This document shows positions 8,718 to 19,841 of a stretch of 64,000 nt of DNA, piece after piece; within the stretch, counting starts at the first letter, position 1, and the number at the start of each line of letters is the position of its first letter. The notes below the pieces were generated by a model. It made no database searches. It saw nothing but the letters and a program-made list of their open reading frames with translations, and had not been told where the DNA came from. The position numbers and the translations under genes are program-made. This DNA comes from Patescibacteria group bacterium. Its GTDB lineage: Bacteria > Patescibacteriota > Patescibacteriia > Magasanikbacterales > GWA2-37-8. Location of the stretch: contig JBAZUP010000001.1 in NCBI GenBank assembly GCA_041661385.1, forward strand, positions 145,692 through 209,691, in the 5' to 3' direction.

Positions 8718-10700
8718 TTATTCTAGGTATTTTTTGCCCCACCAGTCTAAGAATTTCTGAGCAATCGGCTGTGCGATAACCGACCCCTCTCCCCCATCTT
8801 CGACCAGCACAGTGACCACAATTTGAGGTTTGTTATATGGTGCAAAAGAGGTAAACCAGGCATGGGTCGGCTTGGTTTTACTCCATTGGGCGGTTCCAGT
8901 TTTCCCGGCCGCAGGAAATGCCAGTCCCCTTAATAATCCACAGCTCCCGGCAACAACACACTCTCTCATTCCTTCTCTAACAATTTTTAAATTAGCATCC
9001 GAAACACCAGCTATATGCTTAGTATCAAAAATAATTTTTTCAGATTTTTTATTTAACGGATCAACCATTTCTTTTCCAAGATGCGGAGTGACTAGATCTC
9101 CTCCGTTAGCTACCGCAGCTGTCCAAGCCGCGACTTGAAGCGGACTGACCAACATATCACCTTGGCCGATTGAGACGTTATAGGTGTCACCAACAAACCA
9201 TTGTTCATTTTTTTTCGATCTTTTCCAATCTTTTGAAGGAACAAATCCTGTACTTTCACCCGGTAAATCAATATTAGTTTTTTGACCAAGGCCAAACATC
9301 GCAAAATATTTATCAATTCTATCAATGCCAAGACCGATAAATTTTTCAAAACCTCCGCCGATATAATAGTAAAAAGTGTTTACCGACCAAGCAATGGCTT
9401 TAGTGACATTTGTGATTCCGTGTCCGCCTGCTTTCCAGTCTTTAAAAAATGATTTCCCAACCTCAATTCCTCCGACGCTGTTTACAGTGGTATTTTTGGT
9501 AATAATTCCTTCTTGTAGGGCTGCAGCTGACATGATAAGTTTTATCGTGGATCCGGGTGGGTACTGTCCGCTGATAGTGCGATTAAATAATGGTCGATCT
9601 TCATCGTTTATATATTGAGAATATACGTCTTCTCTAATACCGCCCGCAAAAAGATTGTTATCAAATGAAGGCCAGCTTACCATTGCAAGAATCTCTCCGT
9701 TACTTGGATTCATGGCAATAGCAGATATTTTTCTCTTTTTAGAAATATTTGCCGTTTCACTTACCAATGACTCAAGTTTCTTTTGAGCATCAAGGTCTAT
9801 CGATAAAATTAAATTACTGCCCGGAATCGGTGCTTCGGTTGCTAAAACTGATTGTTCTTTTCCGATCGCATTTACTTCAATTTTCTTTTTTCCATAAGTA
9901 CCGCGTAATATTTTTTCATAACTTTTTTCCAAACCGGTCTTACCTATTAAATCCGAAGATAAATAACCGTCTAAACGGTATTTGCTCAACTCTTCATCGT
10001 TAAGTTTGCCGACGTAACCAATTAAATGAGAAAGACTATAAACAATTTCCGGTTTGGTGTTTGTGGCGGTCAGAAAATAATATCCACGCCTGCTACCACT
10101 TTCAACTTGAACACCCGGTAAATCCGAATTTTCAACATACAACTTTAGCGCTTTAAAATAATCAAGATTGTCTTGAACAGCTAAAGATTCAAAACTATAA
10201 TCACCATATTTTTTTATCAAAGCCACAAGATCAGTGGTGGTTACACCGCTCATTTCAGAAATTCTATTTATTATATGTCCGCGTTCCCCGGGGTTTTTTG
10301 GAAGGTCTTGAGGAACTACGACCAAGGAAAAATTTGGGATATTTTTAAGCAAATCGCGATTATACCGATCATAAATTATTCCACGTTCGGATGCAATCGG
10401 TATCAAGCGAATGCGATTTCCTTCCGCCTGATTACGATATTTATGACCATTAATTATTTGTAGCTGGAAAACTCTTCCAAAAATTATTGCCGTTAAAAAC
10501 AGTACAAAAAATAATAAAATGTTAATTCTTTTTTGGCTTATACCGGTCCCGACATATTTTCGAGTGTGAGAAATAGATAATTTTCCTTTAGAATCATCTT
10601 CGATATCAAAAGAACCTTCAACCCAATCTTTATTATATTTACCGGTTAAATCCCCTATTCCACCAAGATCACTTTCAATTTTGAATGGATTTTTAGCCAT
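8718..10700 (-). CDS. mrdA: Penicillin-binding protein 2 (elongasome transpeptidase)
   Basis: STIK (SxxK), SVN (SxN) and KTGTA (KTG) motifs. N-terminal TM anchor; lies directly downstream of mreBCD. Confidence 0.85.
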   Translation of the reverse strand: MAKNPFKIESDLGGIGDLTGKYNKDWVEGSFDIEDDSKGKLSISHTRKYVGTGISQKRINILLFFVLFLTAIIFGRVFQLQIINGHKYRNQAEGNRIRLIPIASERGIIYDRYNRDLLKNIPNFSLVVVPQDLPKNPGERGHIINRISEMSGVTTTDLVALIKKYGDYSFESLAVQDNLDYFKALKLYVENSDLPGVQVESGSRRGYYFLTATNTKPEIVYSLSHLIGYVGKLNDEELSKYRLDGYLSSDLIGKTGLEKSYEKILRGTYGKKKIEVNAIGKEQSVLATEAPIPGSNLILSIDLDAQKKLESLVSETANISKKRKISAIAMNPSNGEILAMVSWPSFDNNLFAGGIREDVYSQYINDEDRPLFNRTISGQYPPGSTIKLIMSAAALQEGIITKNTTVNSVGGIEVGKSFFKDWKAGGHGITNVTKAIAWSVNTFYYYIGGGFEKFIGLGIDRIDKYFAMFGLGQKTNIDLPGESTGFVPSKDWKRSKKNEQWFVGDTYNVSIGQGDMLVSPLQVAAWTAAVANGGDLVTPHLGKEMVDPLNKKSEKIIFDTKHIAGVSDANLKIVREGMRECVVAGSCGLLRGLAFPAAGKTGTAQWSKTKPTHAWFTSFAPYNKPQIVVTVLVEDGGEGSVIAQPIAQKFLDWWGKKYLE

Positions 10701-10701
10701 A

Positions 10702-11229
10702 TCAAAATGTATAATTATACTTTCGGCGCGGTTTTAAAATATTATATGTTCCGTAAAATAAGAAAAAACATGCCGCATTAAGAAAAATTTCAATTAGTAA
10801 ATAATATATTTCAGAAACCTGATAACTTACACGATCGCCAAAAAGCAACGGAACAAGTGCGGTAAAAAAAGTTAAAAAAGCATAATTCAGTGAAAAACCC
10901 ACTAAACCTAATAAAAAAAAGCTGTACCAAGAATAGGTTGAAAACCAAATTAAAAATATTTGTTTTGCTAAGATTATTGAACAAAAAATTGTCAGTCCCA
11001 AAACACCAAACGAAACAGAAGTAAATAAGCTAAAAATAAAATAAGTTGGAATTATTAACCATAAATATAATAATTTATCTTGATAAACAACTTTCCATAA
11101 AAAAAAGATGAATATAAAATTTACCTGATTAAATGGATACGGTAAAATATACGATATTAAAATTTGAACAATAAATAAAAATACCGTCAAAAAAACATAT
11201 TCCACTAGATTTTTTAGCAAGTGGTACAT
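10702..11229 (-). CDS. mreD: Rod shape-determining protein MreD-like polytopic membrane protein
   Basis: Highly hydrophobic 175 aa; position between mreC and mrdA. Confidence 0.5.
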   Translation of the reverse strand: MYHLLKNLVEYVFLTVFLFIVQILISYILPYPFNQVNFIFIFFLWKVVYQDKLLYLWLIIPTYFIFSLFTSVSFGVLGLTIFCSIILAKQIFLIWFSTYSWYSFFLLGLVGFSLNYAFLTFFTALVPLLFGDRVSYQVSEIYYLLIEIFLNAACFFLFYGTYNILKPRRKYNYTF

Positions 11230-11230
11230 A

Positions 11231-12034
11231 TTATTTTATTATGAGAACACTTACTGAGGAAATTTTAGAATAATCCGTAGCGGGTGTTACGACGGCTTGT
11301 TGAAATGGTTTATACGGTTCGTTTTCAACTTCGGCAATATTGCCAATTAATAGGCCGCGCGGAGTTTTTTCCTCAAGTCCGGATGTTACAACTTGATCAT
11401 TAACAAGAATTATTTCATCGCGCGGAATCAAATTCATTTTTAAACTAATTCCAAAACCACCCTCAATAACACCTAAGCTTTTATCATGGTTTAAAATTGT
11501 TGATCCAACGCGACTGGTATTGTCATTAAGCAGTCTAATAAATGAAATTGATTTTTCGACTTTAAAAATTTTTCCAATTAAAATTCCATTGCCGATGATG
11601 GCCGGGTCCCCTTCGCTTAAACCATCATTTGAACCACGATCGATAATAATAGATTGGTCTGAGCTAATTAATTCTTTTCCGACAACATTTGCAAGCAAAT
11701 GTGTTTGGGTGTGAGTTTGAAAATAATTTAGTTGGCGTCTAAGCTCAGCATTTTCTTCAGAAAATCTTTTTACATCTGCTGTAAGCACTTCAGATTCTTC
11801 ACGATTAGAAATATTTTTTTCGTAAGCAGCAATAAAATCATCTCGATTTTTAAAAAACTGATAATTATCTCCAATTTTAATACTGATTCCATTTATTGAA
11901 CCTAAAATCGGTAACCCTGTTATTCTAATCTTTTCTTCGACTGCGCTTAACCAACCTAAATAATGAAGAGCTATAATTAATAAAAAAACCGCCCCCACGG
12001 ACAGATAGATTTTTTTTTCTCTATTTGGGGCCAT
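11231..12034 (-). CDS. mreC: Rod shape-determining protein MreC
   Basis: N-terminal TM, coiled coil, beta-rich C-domain; operon context after mreB. Confidence 0.7.
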   Translation of the reverse strand: MAPNREKKIYLSVGAVFLLIIALHYLGWLSAVEEKIRITGLPILGSINGISIKIGDNYQFFKNRDDFIAAYEKNISNREESEVLTADVKRFSEENAELRRQLNYFQTHTQTHLLANVVGKELISSDQSIIIDRGSNDGLSEGDPAIIGNGILIGKIFKVEKSISFIRLLNDNTSRVGSTILNHDKSLGVIEGGFGISLKMNLIPRDEIILVNDQVVTSGLEEKTPRGLLIGNIAEVENEPYKPFQQAVVTPATDYSKISSVSVLIIK

Positions 12035-12041
12035 ATTTATT

Positions 12042-13106
12042 TCATTTAATTACGTTCATATTTTTTGAAAGTAATGGGAAAACAGCTACTTCACGAAGTA
12101 AATTATCGTCATCAAGTAAAATGCCAAGACCGCGAACCACTGAAGTAAGCGGATCGTCGGCAATTCTAACCGGAATTTCAATAGCTCGATTTATCAATTG
12201 ATCAAGACCCCTCATTCTTGCACCGCCTCCGGATATAAGAATACCTCGCTCGTGAATATCAGCGACTAATTCTGGCGGCGTTATTTCCAAAATATCTTTT
12301 ATACTATCGACAATAACCCTCAATGATTTTATCATTGCCTCCCGAACCTGGGAATCATTAATCATTACCTCGCGAGGAAGACCAGTTAGAAGATCGCGTC
12401 CTCGCATTGGATATTCAATCGGTTCAGACATTTCAATCGCCGAACCAACTTTTATTTTTATTTCTTCTGCCTGTCTTTCGCCTAAAAGCAAATTAAAAAC
12501 ATCTCTCGCATATTGAACAATGTTTCGATTTAGCTCGTCGCCCGCAATTTTTATTGATTTGCGGGTAGTAATGCCGTTTAATGAGATTACTGCGATTTCA
12601 CAAGTTCCTCCGCCAATTTCAACAATAAGATTTCCGACTGGCTCACTAATTGGCATTCTTGAACCGATTGCCGAAGCCATAGGCTCTTCGACTATCCAAA
12701 CCTCTCTTGCCCCACTATTCATTACCGCATCACCAATCGCGCGCCTTTCGACTTCAGTAATATCTACCGGAGCACCAATTACAACTTTAGGACGAGAGAA
12801 AAAATTCAAAGAACTATCTTCATAAACTTTATCGACAAAATATCGGAGCATTTTTTCAGTTACTTCAAAATCTGAAATAATACCATTGGTAAGCGGCTTG
12901 GTGGTGATAATGTGCGGAGGAGTTTTACCAAGCATGTTTTTTGCTTCATGACCGACCGCCAAAATCTGTTCGGTTTTTGTGTTTACTGCCACTACGCTTG
13001 GTTCATTAATTACCACTCCTCTACCCTTTACATAAATAAGAGTATTGGCCGTTCCGAGGTCAACACCTAATTCTTTTCTAAATCGATTCGAAAAATTCTC
13101 AAACAT
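12042..13106 (-). CDS. mreB: Rod shape-determining actin homolog MreB
   Basis: GVDLGTANTLIYVKGRGVVINEPSVVA and DIGGGT motifs; 354 aa. Confidence 0.95.
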   Translation of the reverse strand: MFENFSNRFRKELGVDLGTANTLIYVKGRGVVINEPSVVAVNTKTEQILAVGHEAKNMLGKTPPHIITTKPLTNGIISDFEVTEKMLRYFVDKVYEDSSLNFFSRPKVVIGAPVDITEVERRAIGDAVMNSGAREVWIVEEPMASAIGSRMPISEPVGNLIVEIGGGTCEIAVISLNGITTRKSIKIAGDELNRNIVQYARDVFNLLLGERQAEEIKIKVGSAIEMSEPIEYPMRGRDLLTGLPREVMINDSQVREAMIKSLRVIVDSIKDILEITPPELVADIHERGILISGGGARMRGLDQLINRAIEIPVRIADDPLTSVVRGLGILLDDDNLLREVAVFPLLSKNMNVIK

Positions 13107-13112
13107 AAAATA

Positions 13113-13559
13113 TTATCTGTGCAGTAAATTGTTAGTCGGTCGCTCTCGTGAAGAAGTAAAAAATACCGTTTCAATAAATATAAAAAAGACGACTAGAATA
13201 ATAGCGTTCCACCAAAATAGCAATTTATTTGATAATAAGATCAATACAATGGTAATAACAGTGGCGATAAAAATACTTTGGCGAAAGGTGTGCCTAACAT
13301 GTCGAAAGACTACCTCATCATCTTTTAATATTACCCTTCTGATCATAAACCCTAGAACAGAAAACGTACCAACAATTGATAAGAATAAACTTAAATAGAA
13401 TGAAAAAATTCCAATAAAACCACTATCAACTGGCGAAACCTTAAATATTACAAATATCCAGGAAACCCAACATAAAAGGGTTCCAATCGACATCAAAATT
13501 AAGTATTGTTTCAGGTTCATAAGCCTGGATATATTAGCGGATTTAATGTATTTTCGCAA
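13113..13559 (-). CDS. Hypothetical polytopic membrane protein
   Basis: Four predicted TM helices, no motif. Confidence 0.4.
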   Translation of the reverse strand: MRKYIKSANISRLMNLKQYLILMSIGTLLCWVSWIFVIFKVSPVDSGFIGIFSFYLSLFLSIVGTFSVLGFMIRRVILKDDEVVFRHVRHTFRQSIFIATVITIVLILLSNKLLFWWNAIILVVFFIFIETVFFTSSRERPTNNLLHR

Positions 13560-13561
13560 GG

Positions 13562-13855
13562 TTACGACAAATACCGTATTTTTTCCACTTTGATTCCGCT
13601 TAAGACAGTGTTGATAGCAGTCAAAAAATCTTTTTCGCGAAGTTTAATTTCCTGGGCAGCAGAAGAACTAAGACAGGCAATTGTTAAAATTCCGTTTTTA
13701 TAATATGCCGGCGCTGCATAGTTTTTAATCTCTTCTCCAAATTCTTTTACTAAAAGTTTTTCAGCTTCCTCCACAACTCTTGCCGCCCTAACCCCGATTA
13801 AAAGCGGAGAAGAAATTCCATTATTTTTTAATAAGTCACCAAGAGATTTCATCAT
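13562..13855 (-). CDS. DUF721/DciA-like small protein (possible helicase-loader family)
   Basis: 97 aa. Pattern LGDLL...GV...LTI.C.SS..AQEIKL resembles the DUF721 family. Overlaps the upstream helicase-nuclease gene by 4 bp. Confidence 0.35.
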   Translation of the reverse strand: MMKSLGDLLKNNGISSPLLIGVRAARVVEEAEKLLVKEFGEEIKNYAAPAYYKNGILTIACLSSSAAQEIKLREKDFLTAINTVLSGIKVEKIRYLS

Positions 13856-16797
13856 ACTCGATATTCACAGATATCCTTAAAATCACAAAATTTACAAGCA
13901 AATTGGTTTGGGGTAGCAGTAAAATCTTTCTTATATATTTGATCCATAGTTGAAAGAAGTTTTGACTGTAATTTTTCCAAATCTTTTCTTTCACCAATAA
14001 ATGAAGTATGCAGATCGTCATTTATATAATAATAAGTTAGTTTACTTGGCGCGCCAAGAATTTTATATTCTGCCAGTTGTTCAACAGCAATTTGGTAAAT
14101 AAATAACTGCTCTTTATCTTCAGTTGATAACTTTTCTTTACTGTTGCCGGTTTTATAATCAATAATTTCTAAGGTTCCATCTACTAATTTATCTACCCGG
14201 TCGATTCGTCCATGCAAGAAATAATCACCGATTTTAATTTTGAACCAGCTTTCAAGCTTTTCCGGTATCGTCCAATTATTTTCTTGAGATTTATAAAATA
14301 TGTTTAAAATTTCCTTACCTTTTTTATGGTAGTCAGCTTTTTGATATTCATCTTTGTACCAGTCGTCTTGCCATGCCGCTTCGTACATCTGCATTAATTC
14401 ATCCAAACTTGGAACTTTAATACCGGTTATCTTTTCCGACACAACCGGCTTTTCAAATAAAGATGATTGTTGGATGCTGTTTAGTTCCAAAACCTTTTCA
14501 TAAAAATTCTGTAGAGTTCCGTGGATAGATTGCCCAAAGCTAAAGCTAGCACTTCCTCGGGTAGGAATTCTTAGAATATGAGCAAGTTTATATTGGAAGG
14601 GGCAGGTCTCATAGGCCCGGATTTGAGAAAATGAAAAAGCTTTTGGTAATTCAAAAACAAATTCGCCTTTTTCTTCATTTTTCTTTTCAATCTTTTTTAG
14701 TGCTCCAGTATCTTTATCCGAATCTGATACGGCATAACCCAGTTCATTTAAAAAACGACTAATCTTTTTTCGTCTTTCACCACCATAGTCCGAGGCGCTT
14801 GTGAGGTAAAGTCGGTCTTTAGCTCTTGTCATTGCGACATAAAATAAACGCCGCTCTTCTTCAATATGATGATCGCCTTCTGGTAGTTTCTCTTTTATTA
14901 GCTTGGTAGGTATTTCAATAGCTTCACTGCGGCGACGGCTGGGGAAACGGTCCTCAACCAGGTTTACCACGAACACATACTTAAATTCTAAACCTTTGGC
15001 AGCGTGAACAGTCAAAATATTAATTGAATCCGGAGTATCAGACGGTTCAAATAGTCCGCCTTGGTCACCGGCTTCGGAGATAAGTTCAAAATTTTCCAAA
15101 AAACCACTAAGACCGTGGTCGCGGGTAATAGTTTCGTATTCGTTTAAATAATCGAAAAATTGTTTAATGTGATAAATTTGACGGATACTATCAAGGTTGC
15201 CGGATTCCTCTTCTCTCGTTAAATATGAAAGATAGCCGGATTTTTCTAGAAAATTATACAAAATAACTGAAGGTTTGCTGTTTCTCGCAATTTGCATTCC
15301 CTCATGAATTAAAGAAATTAAATTATCGCAAATTTTCTGCCCCTTCTCCGACAGGTCAAGTGTTACACCTTGTTTCATTGCATTATAATAACTGATCGCC
15401 TTTTTCTTGGCATTGTAAGTTATTTTTTGAAGATCATTCACACTAAAACCAAGGAACGGCATTGATAAAACACGATACATAGCGGCACTATCCCTTACGT
15501 CGTCTAAAACCCGGAAATAGTTTAAACTATCAAGCACAATTGGTTGGCGATAAAGACCAGACGATGCAAGAAACTCAAAAGGCAAGCCAATTTTTTCAAG
15601 CTGATTAATAAATGGATCCGCATGATTGTTGGCTCTAACCAGTATTGCGAAGTCGTCCCAAGTCGCGGTTTTGTCAATCTTTTTAAGACGAACAATTTCT
15701 TTAATAACATCATCCACCTCATTCTCAAGAGTAGTTGAGTGAATGTGGCAAACTCGAATTTTATCCTTTTTCTTTTGTGTAGATTCAACTCGCGTTGATT
15801 TAAGTTTTTTTTCAATATTTAATTTAATTTCTAAGCGATCAGGATTATTATTTACAATTGATTTATAAGAGATATCCAGAATTTCTTGAAATGAACGATA
15901 GTTTTCGTTTAAAACAATTTCTTTGGCTTTTGGAAAATCATCTTTAAAATGCAAAATGTTTGAGACGCTTGCGCCACGAAAAGCATAAATACTTTGATCA
16001 TCGTCCCCTACTACTGTCAGCTGAGAAGTTCCCGCGCTAAGTAATTTTAATAGATTATATTGCGACCAGTTTACATCTTGAAATTCATCAACCAAAATAT
16101 ATTTATACTTATTCTGATATTTTTTTAGAATAGTGGGTCGCTTAATAAATATTTGGTTGCAATTATAAATCAGATCACCGAAATCAAAAGCAGAAGTATC
16201 ATGTAAGATTTGATTATAAACACCATATGCTGTTGCAATTTCAGTCAGGCGCTTTATTTCTTCGATATCATGTTCCCCGCTTTCCGTATTTAACCCTTTC
16301 GCATAATCCAGATACTGCTCCGGTGAAATAAGTTCATCCTTGCACTTAGAGAAATGTTTCAAAAGTTCGTGAATATGGCGGTAGGGATTGCCGAGCGGTC
16401 GATAATAATCTAAATTAAATTTTTGAAAATTCTTTTGAATAAGCAGCCAAGCCGCAGTCGGAGTTAAAAGTTTGAACTGATTGCTAAGTCCGATATCAAG
16501 AGCGTGACTCTCTAAAATTTTTTGGCAAAATGCATGAAAAGTGGATATTTGAAGATCTGAGTAGCCGATATCAATCGCGTCATCTACCCTCTCTTGCATT
16601 TCCGCCGCAGATTTATCCGTAAAAGTTAAAGCTAATATTTCCTCTGGTTTTGCTAGCTTATTTTGAAGTAAATATGCAATTTTTTTTGTTATTACAGTTG
16701 TTTTACCAGTTCCGGCGCCGGCAACAATTAACAACGGACCTTCGATATATTCAATCGCTGTTTTTTGTGCGGCATTTAGCTTTTTTTCGTTTTTCAT
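13852..16797 (-). CDS. UvrD/PcrA-type SF1 helicase fused to a C-terminal PD-(D/E)xK Cas4/AddB-type nuclease with a 4-Cys cluster
   Basis: Walker A AGAGTGKT at N-terminus. C-terminal domain has CP...HGRIDRVD...EIIDYKTG...QLFIYQ...CKFCDFKDIC. Confidence 0.85.
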   Translation of the reverse strand: MKNEKKLNAAQKTAIEYIEGPLLIVAGAGTGKTTVITKKIAYLLQNKLAKPEEILALTFTDKSAAEMQERVDDAIDIGYSDLQISTFHAFCQKILESHALDIGLSNQFKLLTPTAAWLLIQKNFQKFNLDYYRPLGNPYRHIHELLKHFSKCKDELISPEQYLDYAKGLNTESGEHDIEEIKRLTEIATAYGVYNQILHDTSAFDFGDLIYNCNQIFIKRPTILKKYQNKYKYILVDEFQDVNWSQYNLLKLLSAGTSQLTVVGDDDQSIYAFRGASVSNILHFKDDFPKAKEIVLNENYRSFQEILDISYKSIVNNNPDRLEIKLNIEKKLKSTRVESTQKKKDKIRVCHIHSTTLENEVDDVIKEIVRLKKIDKTATWDDFAILVRANNHADPFINQLEKIGLPFEFLASSGLYRQPIVLDSLNYFRVLDDVRDSAAMYRVLSMPFLGFSVNDLQKITYNAKKKAISYYNAMKQGVTLDLSEKGQKICDNLISLIHEGMQIARNSKPSVILYNFLEKSGYLSYLTREEESGNLDSIRQIYHIKQFFDYLNEYETITRDHGLSGFLENFELISEAGDQGGLFEPSDTPDSINILTVHAAKGLEFKYVFVVNLVEDRFPSRRRSEAIEIPTKLIKEKLPEGDHHIEEERRLFYVAMTRAKDRLYLTSASDYGGERRKKISRFLNELGYAVSDSDKDTGALKKIEKKNEEKGEFVFELPKAFSFSQIRAYETCPFQYKLAHILRIPTRGSASFSFGQSIHGTLQNFYEKVLELNSIQQSSLFEKPVVSEKITGIKVPSLDELMQMYEAAWQDDWYKDEYQKADYHKKGKEILNIFYKSQENNWTIPEKLESWFKIKIGDYFLHGRIDRVDKLVDGTLEIIDYKTGNSKEKLSTEDKEQLFIYQIAVEQLAEYKILGAPSKLTYYYINDDLHTSFIGERKDLEKLQSKLLSTMDQIYKKDFTATPNQFACKFCDFKDICEYRV

Positions 16798-16803
16798 AGG
16801 CAG

Positions 16804-17898
16804 CTATTTTTTTGTATTGCGAAGCTGCCCGCACGCGGCGGCGATATCTTGTCCTTGAGAGTATCGAATGGTGGATGTAAAGTCATTTTTCATTAGCTCC
16901 TTGTGCCAGCGTTCTATTTCGTGTGATGGTGTTCGGTCAAAATTATAAATATTATCTATCGGGTCTTTCCCGGTTGAGTTATAAGGTATTAAGTTAATTC
17001 TTAAATGCGGAATTCGTTTACAAAGTTTAATCAATGCATCGAGATGTTTTTGATCGTCGTTTATTCCGCCAAGCATTATATATTCAAGGCCGATAAATTG
17101 AGTTCGGCTCGGCATTTTCTTCCGGTATTGCTTTGTCCATTCAACCAAATAATCTAGAAAACCATTTTTATGTGATGGCATGATTTTTTTTCTCGATTCT
17201 TCTATAGCGCTGTGCAGTGAAATCGCCCAGCGCACCGGCGGAAAATCTTTATCATTAATTAGTTGCTCCATAACCGGAATTACACCGGCGGTGGAAACAG
17301 TAATCTTAGTCGGACCAATATCGGTATTTGCTAATATTATCTGCAAAGCTTTTTTGACATTATCATAGTTTAATAACGGCTCTCCCTGACCCATAATGAC
17401 AATATTATTTATTCTATCACCGGTTTGTGCTAGTAAATAATAACAATACCGTATTTGTTCTACAATTTCCTCGGCAGTTAAATTTCTTTTAAAACCAGCT
17501 CTTCCTGTTGCACAAAATGCGCATTTCATCGGGCAACCTGCTTGGCACGAAATGCAAATCGTATATCGTTCTCTATTTTCTCCTTTATCATCCTTTAGAT
17601 TTTTCCTGCCCATTATCACGGTTTCAATAAAGTTTTCATCCCAGAGCTTAAATAAAATTTTTCTGGTGTTGTCGATACTGCTTACTAGTTCTGTATGAGG
17701 GGCAAGATATTGCCAAGAAATATCAGTCAGTTGATTTTTAAGATCTTGTGGCAGAGTTGAAATATCTTGATAAGAATTAATTTTCACATCAAACCAAGCC
17801 TTTTCAACCTGTTTGCGGCGAAATGGCTTCTCTTTATCAAGAATTTCGTTTAATTTTTTATATGGAGAATTCATAATAAGTATATATTTTAGCCTCAA
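16804..17898 (-). CDS. rlmN: Radical-SAM 23S rRNA A2503 / tRNA A37 methyltransferase
   Basis: CISCQAGCPMKCAFCATG radical-SAM cluster plus C-terminal Cys; 364 aa. Confidence 0.85.
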   Translation of the reverse strand: MRLKYILIMNSPYKKLNEILDKEKPFRRKQVEKAWFDVKINSYQDISTLPQDLKNQLTDISWQYLAPHTELVSSIDNTRKILFKLWDENFIETVIMGRKNLKDDKGENRERYTICISCQAGCPMKCAFCATGRAGFKRNLTAEEIVEQIRYCYYLLAQTGDRINNIVIMGQGEPLLNYDNVKKALQIILANTDIGPTKITVSTAGVIPVMEQLINDKDFPPVRWAISLHSAIEESRKKIMPSHKNGFLDYLVEWTKQYRKKMPSRTQFIGLEYIMLGGINDDQKHLDALIKLCKRIPHLRINLIPYNSTGKDPIDNIYNFDRTPSHEIERWHKELMKNDFTSTIRYSQGQDIAAACGQLRNTKK

Positions 17899-17916
17899 AT
17901 GAGGTCTAAGTCAATA

Positions 17917-17945
17917 AAAAATCCTCCGTTGTACGGAGGATTTTT
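17917..17945 (-). terminator. Rho-independent terminator after atpC (aaaaatcctccgt..acggaggattttt)
   Basis: 9 bp GC-containing inverted repeat flanked by A/T runs; symmetric, so it could act in both directions. Confidence 0.55.
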
Positions 17946-17954
17946 GAAAGTGTT

Positions 17955-18368
17955 TTATTTAATTTTTCGATACTTATTGCCGACCCTAAGTCTGGCCAGT
18001 TGTTTTTCAAGCTGTGACTCAAGAGCTTCAAAGCTGACATGTTCTCGGTGTCTAGCTTCGGACATTGTTTTTGAAGCCCGTTCTTTTGCTTCTCCTGCTC
18101 GAACGAGATCAATCTCAGCAGCGTGTTCGGCAGTGTCTGCTAAAACAATCACCGAACCATCATCCCTAACTTCTACGAAACCACCGGATACTGCTAAAAT
18201 AAATTCTTCACCATTTTTTTTATATCTTAATTCGCCTGGTTTCAAAATTGTAACCAATGGAATGTGTTTTGGTAACACAGTAATTTCTCCATCTAGCGTA
18301 GGCAAACTAACCTGCTCTATTTCGTCAGAAGAAACTGTTTTTTCAGGTGTTACGATTTGAAACTTCAT
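17955..18368 (-). CDS. atpC: F1 ATP synthase epsilon subunit
   Basis: Typical 137 aa beta-sandwich plus helical hairpin sequence; last gene of the atp operon. Confidence 0.9.
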   Translation of the reverse strand: MKFQIVTPEKTVSSDEIEQVSLPTLDGEITVLPKHIPLVTILKPGELRYKKNGEEFILAVSGGFVEVRDDGSVIVLADTAEHAAEIDLVRAGEAKERASKTMSEARHREHVSFEALESQLEKQLARLRVGNKYRKIK

Positions 18369-18445
18369 AAAATGTTATAATTGCTAGGAACGAACAAATA
18401 AAATATATTTTAATTTGTGAGAGACGACGCAATTTCAAGCTCAGC

Positions 18446-19822
<1,377 letters not shown>

Positions 19823-19841
19823 TTAACAAATATCTTTATAA

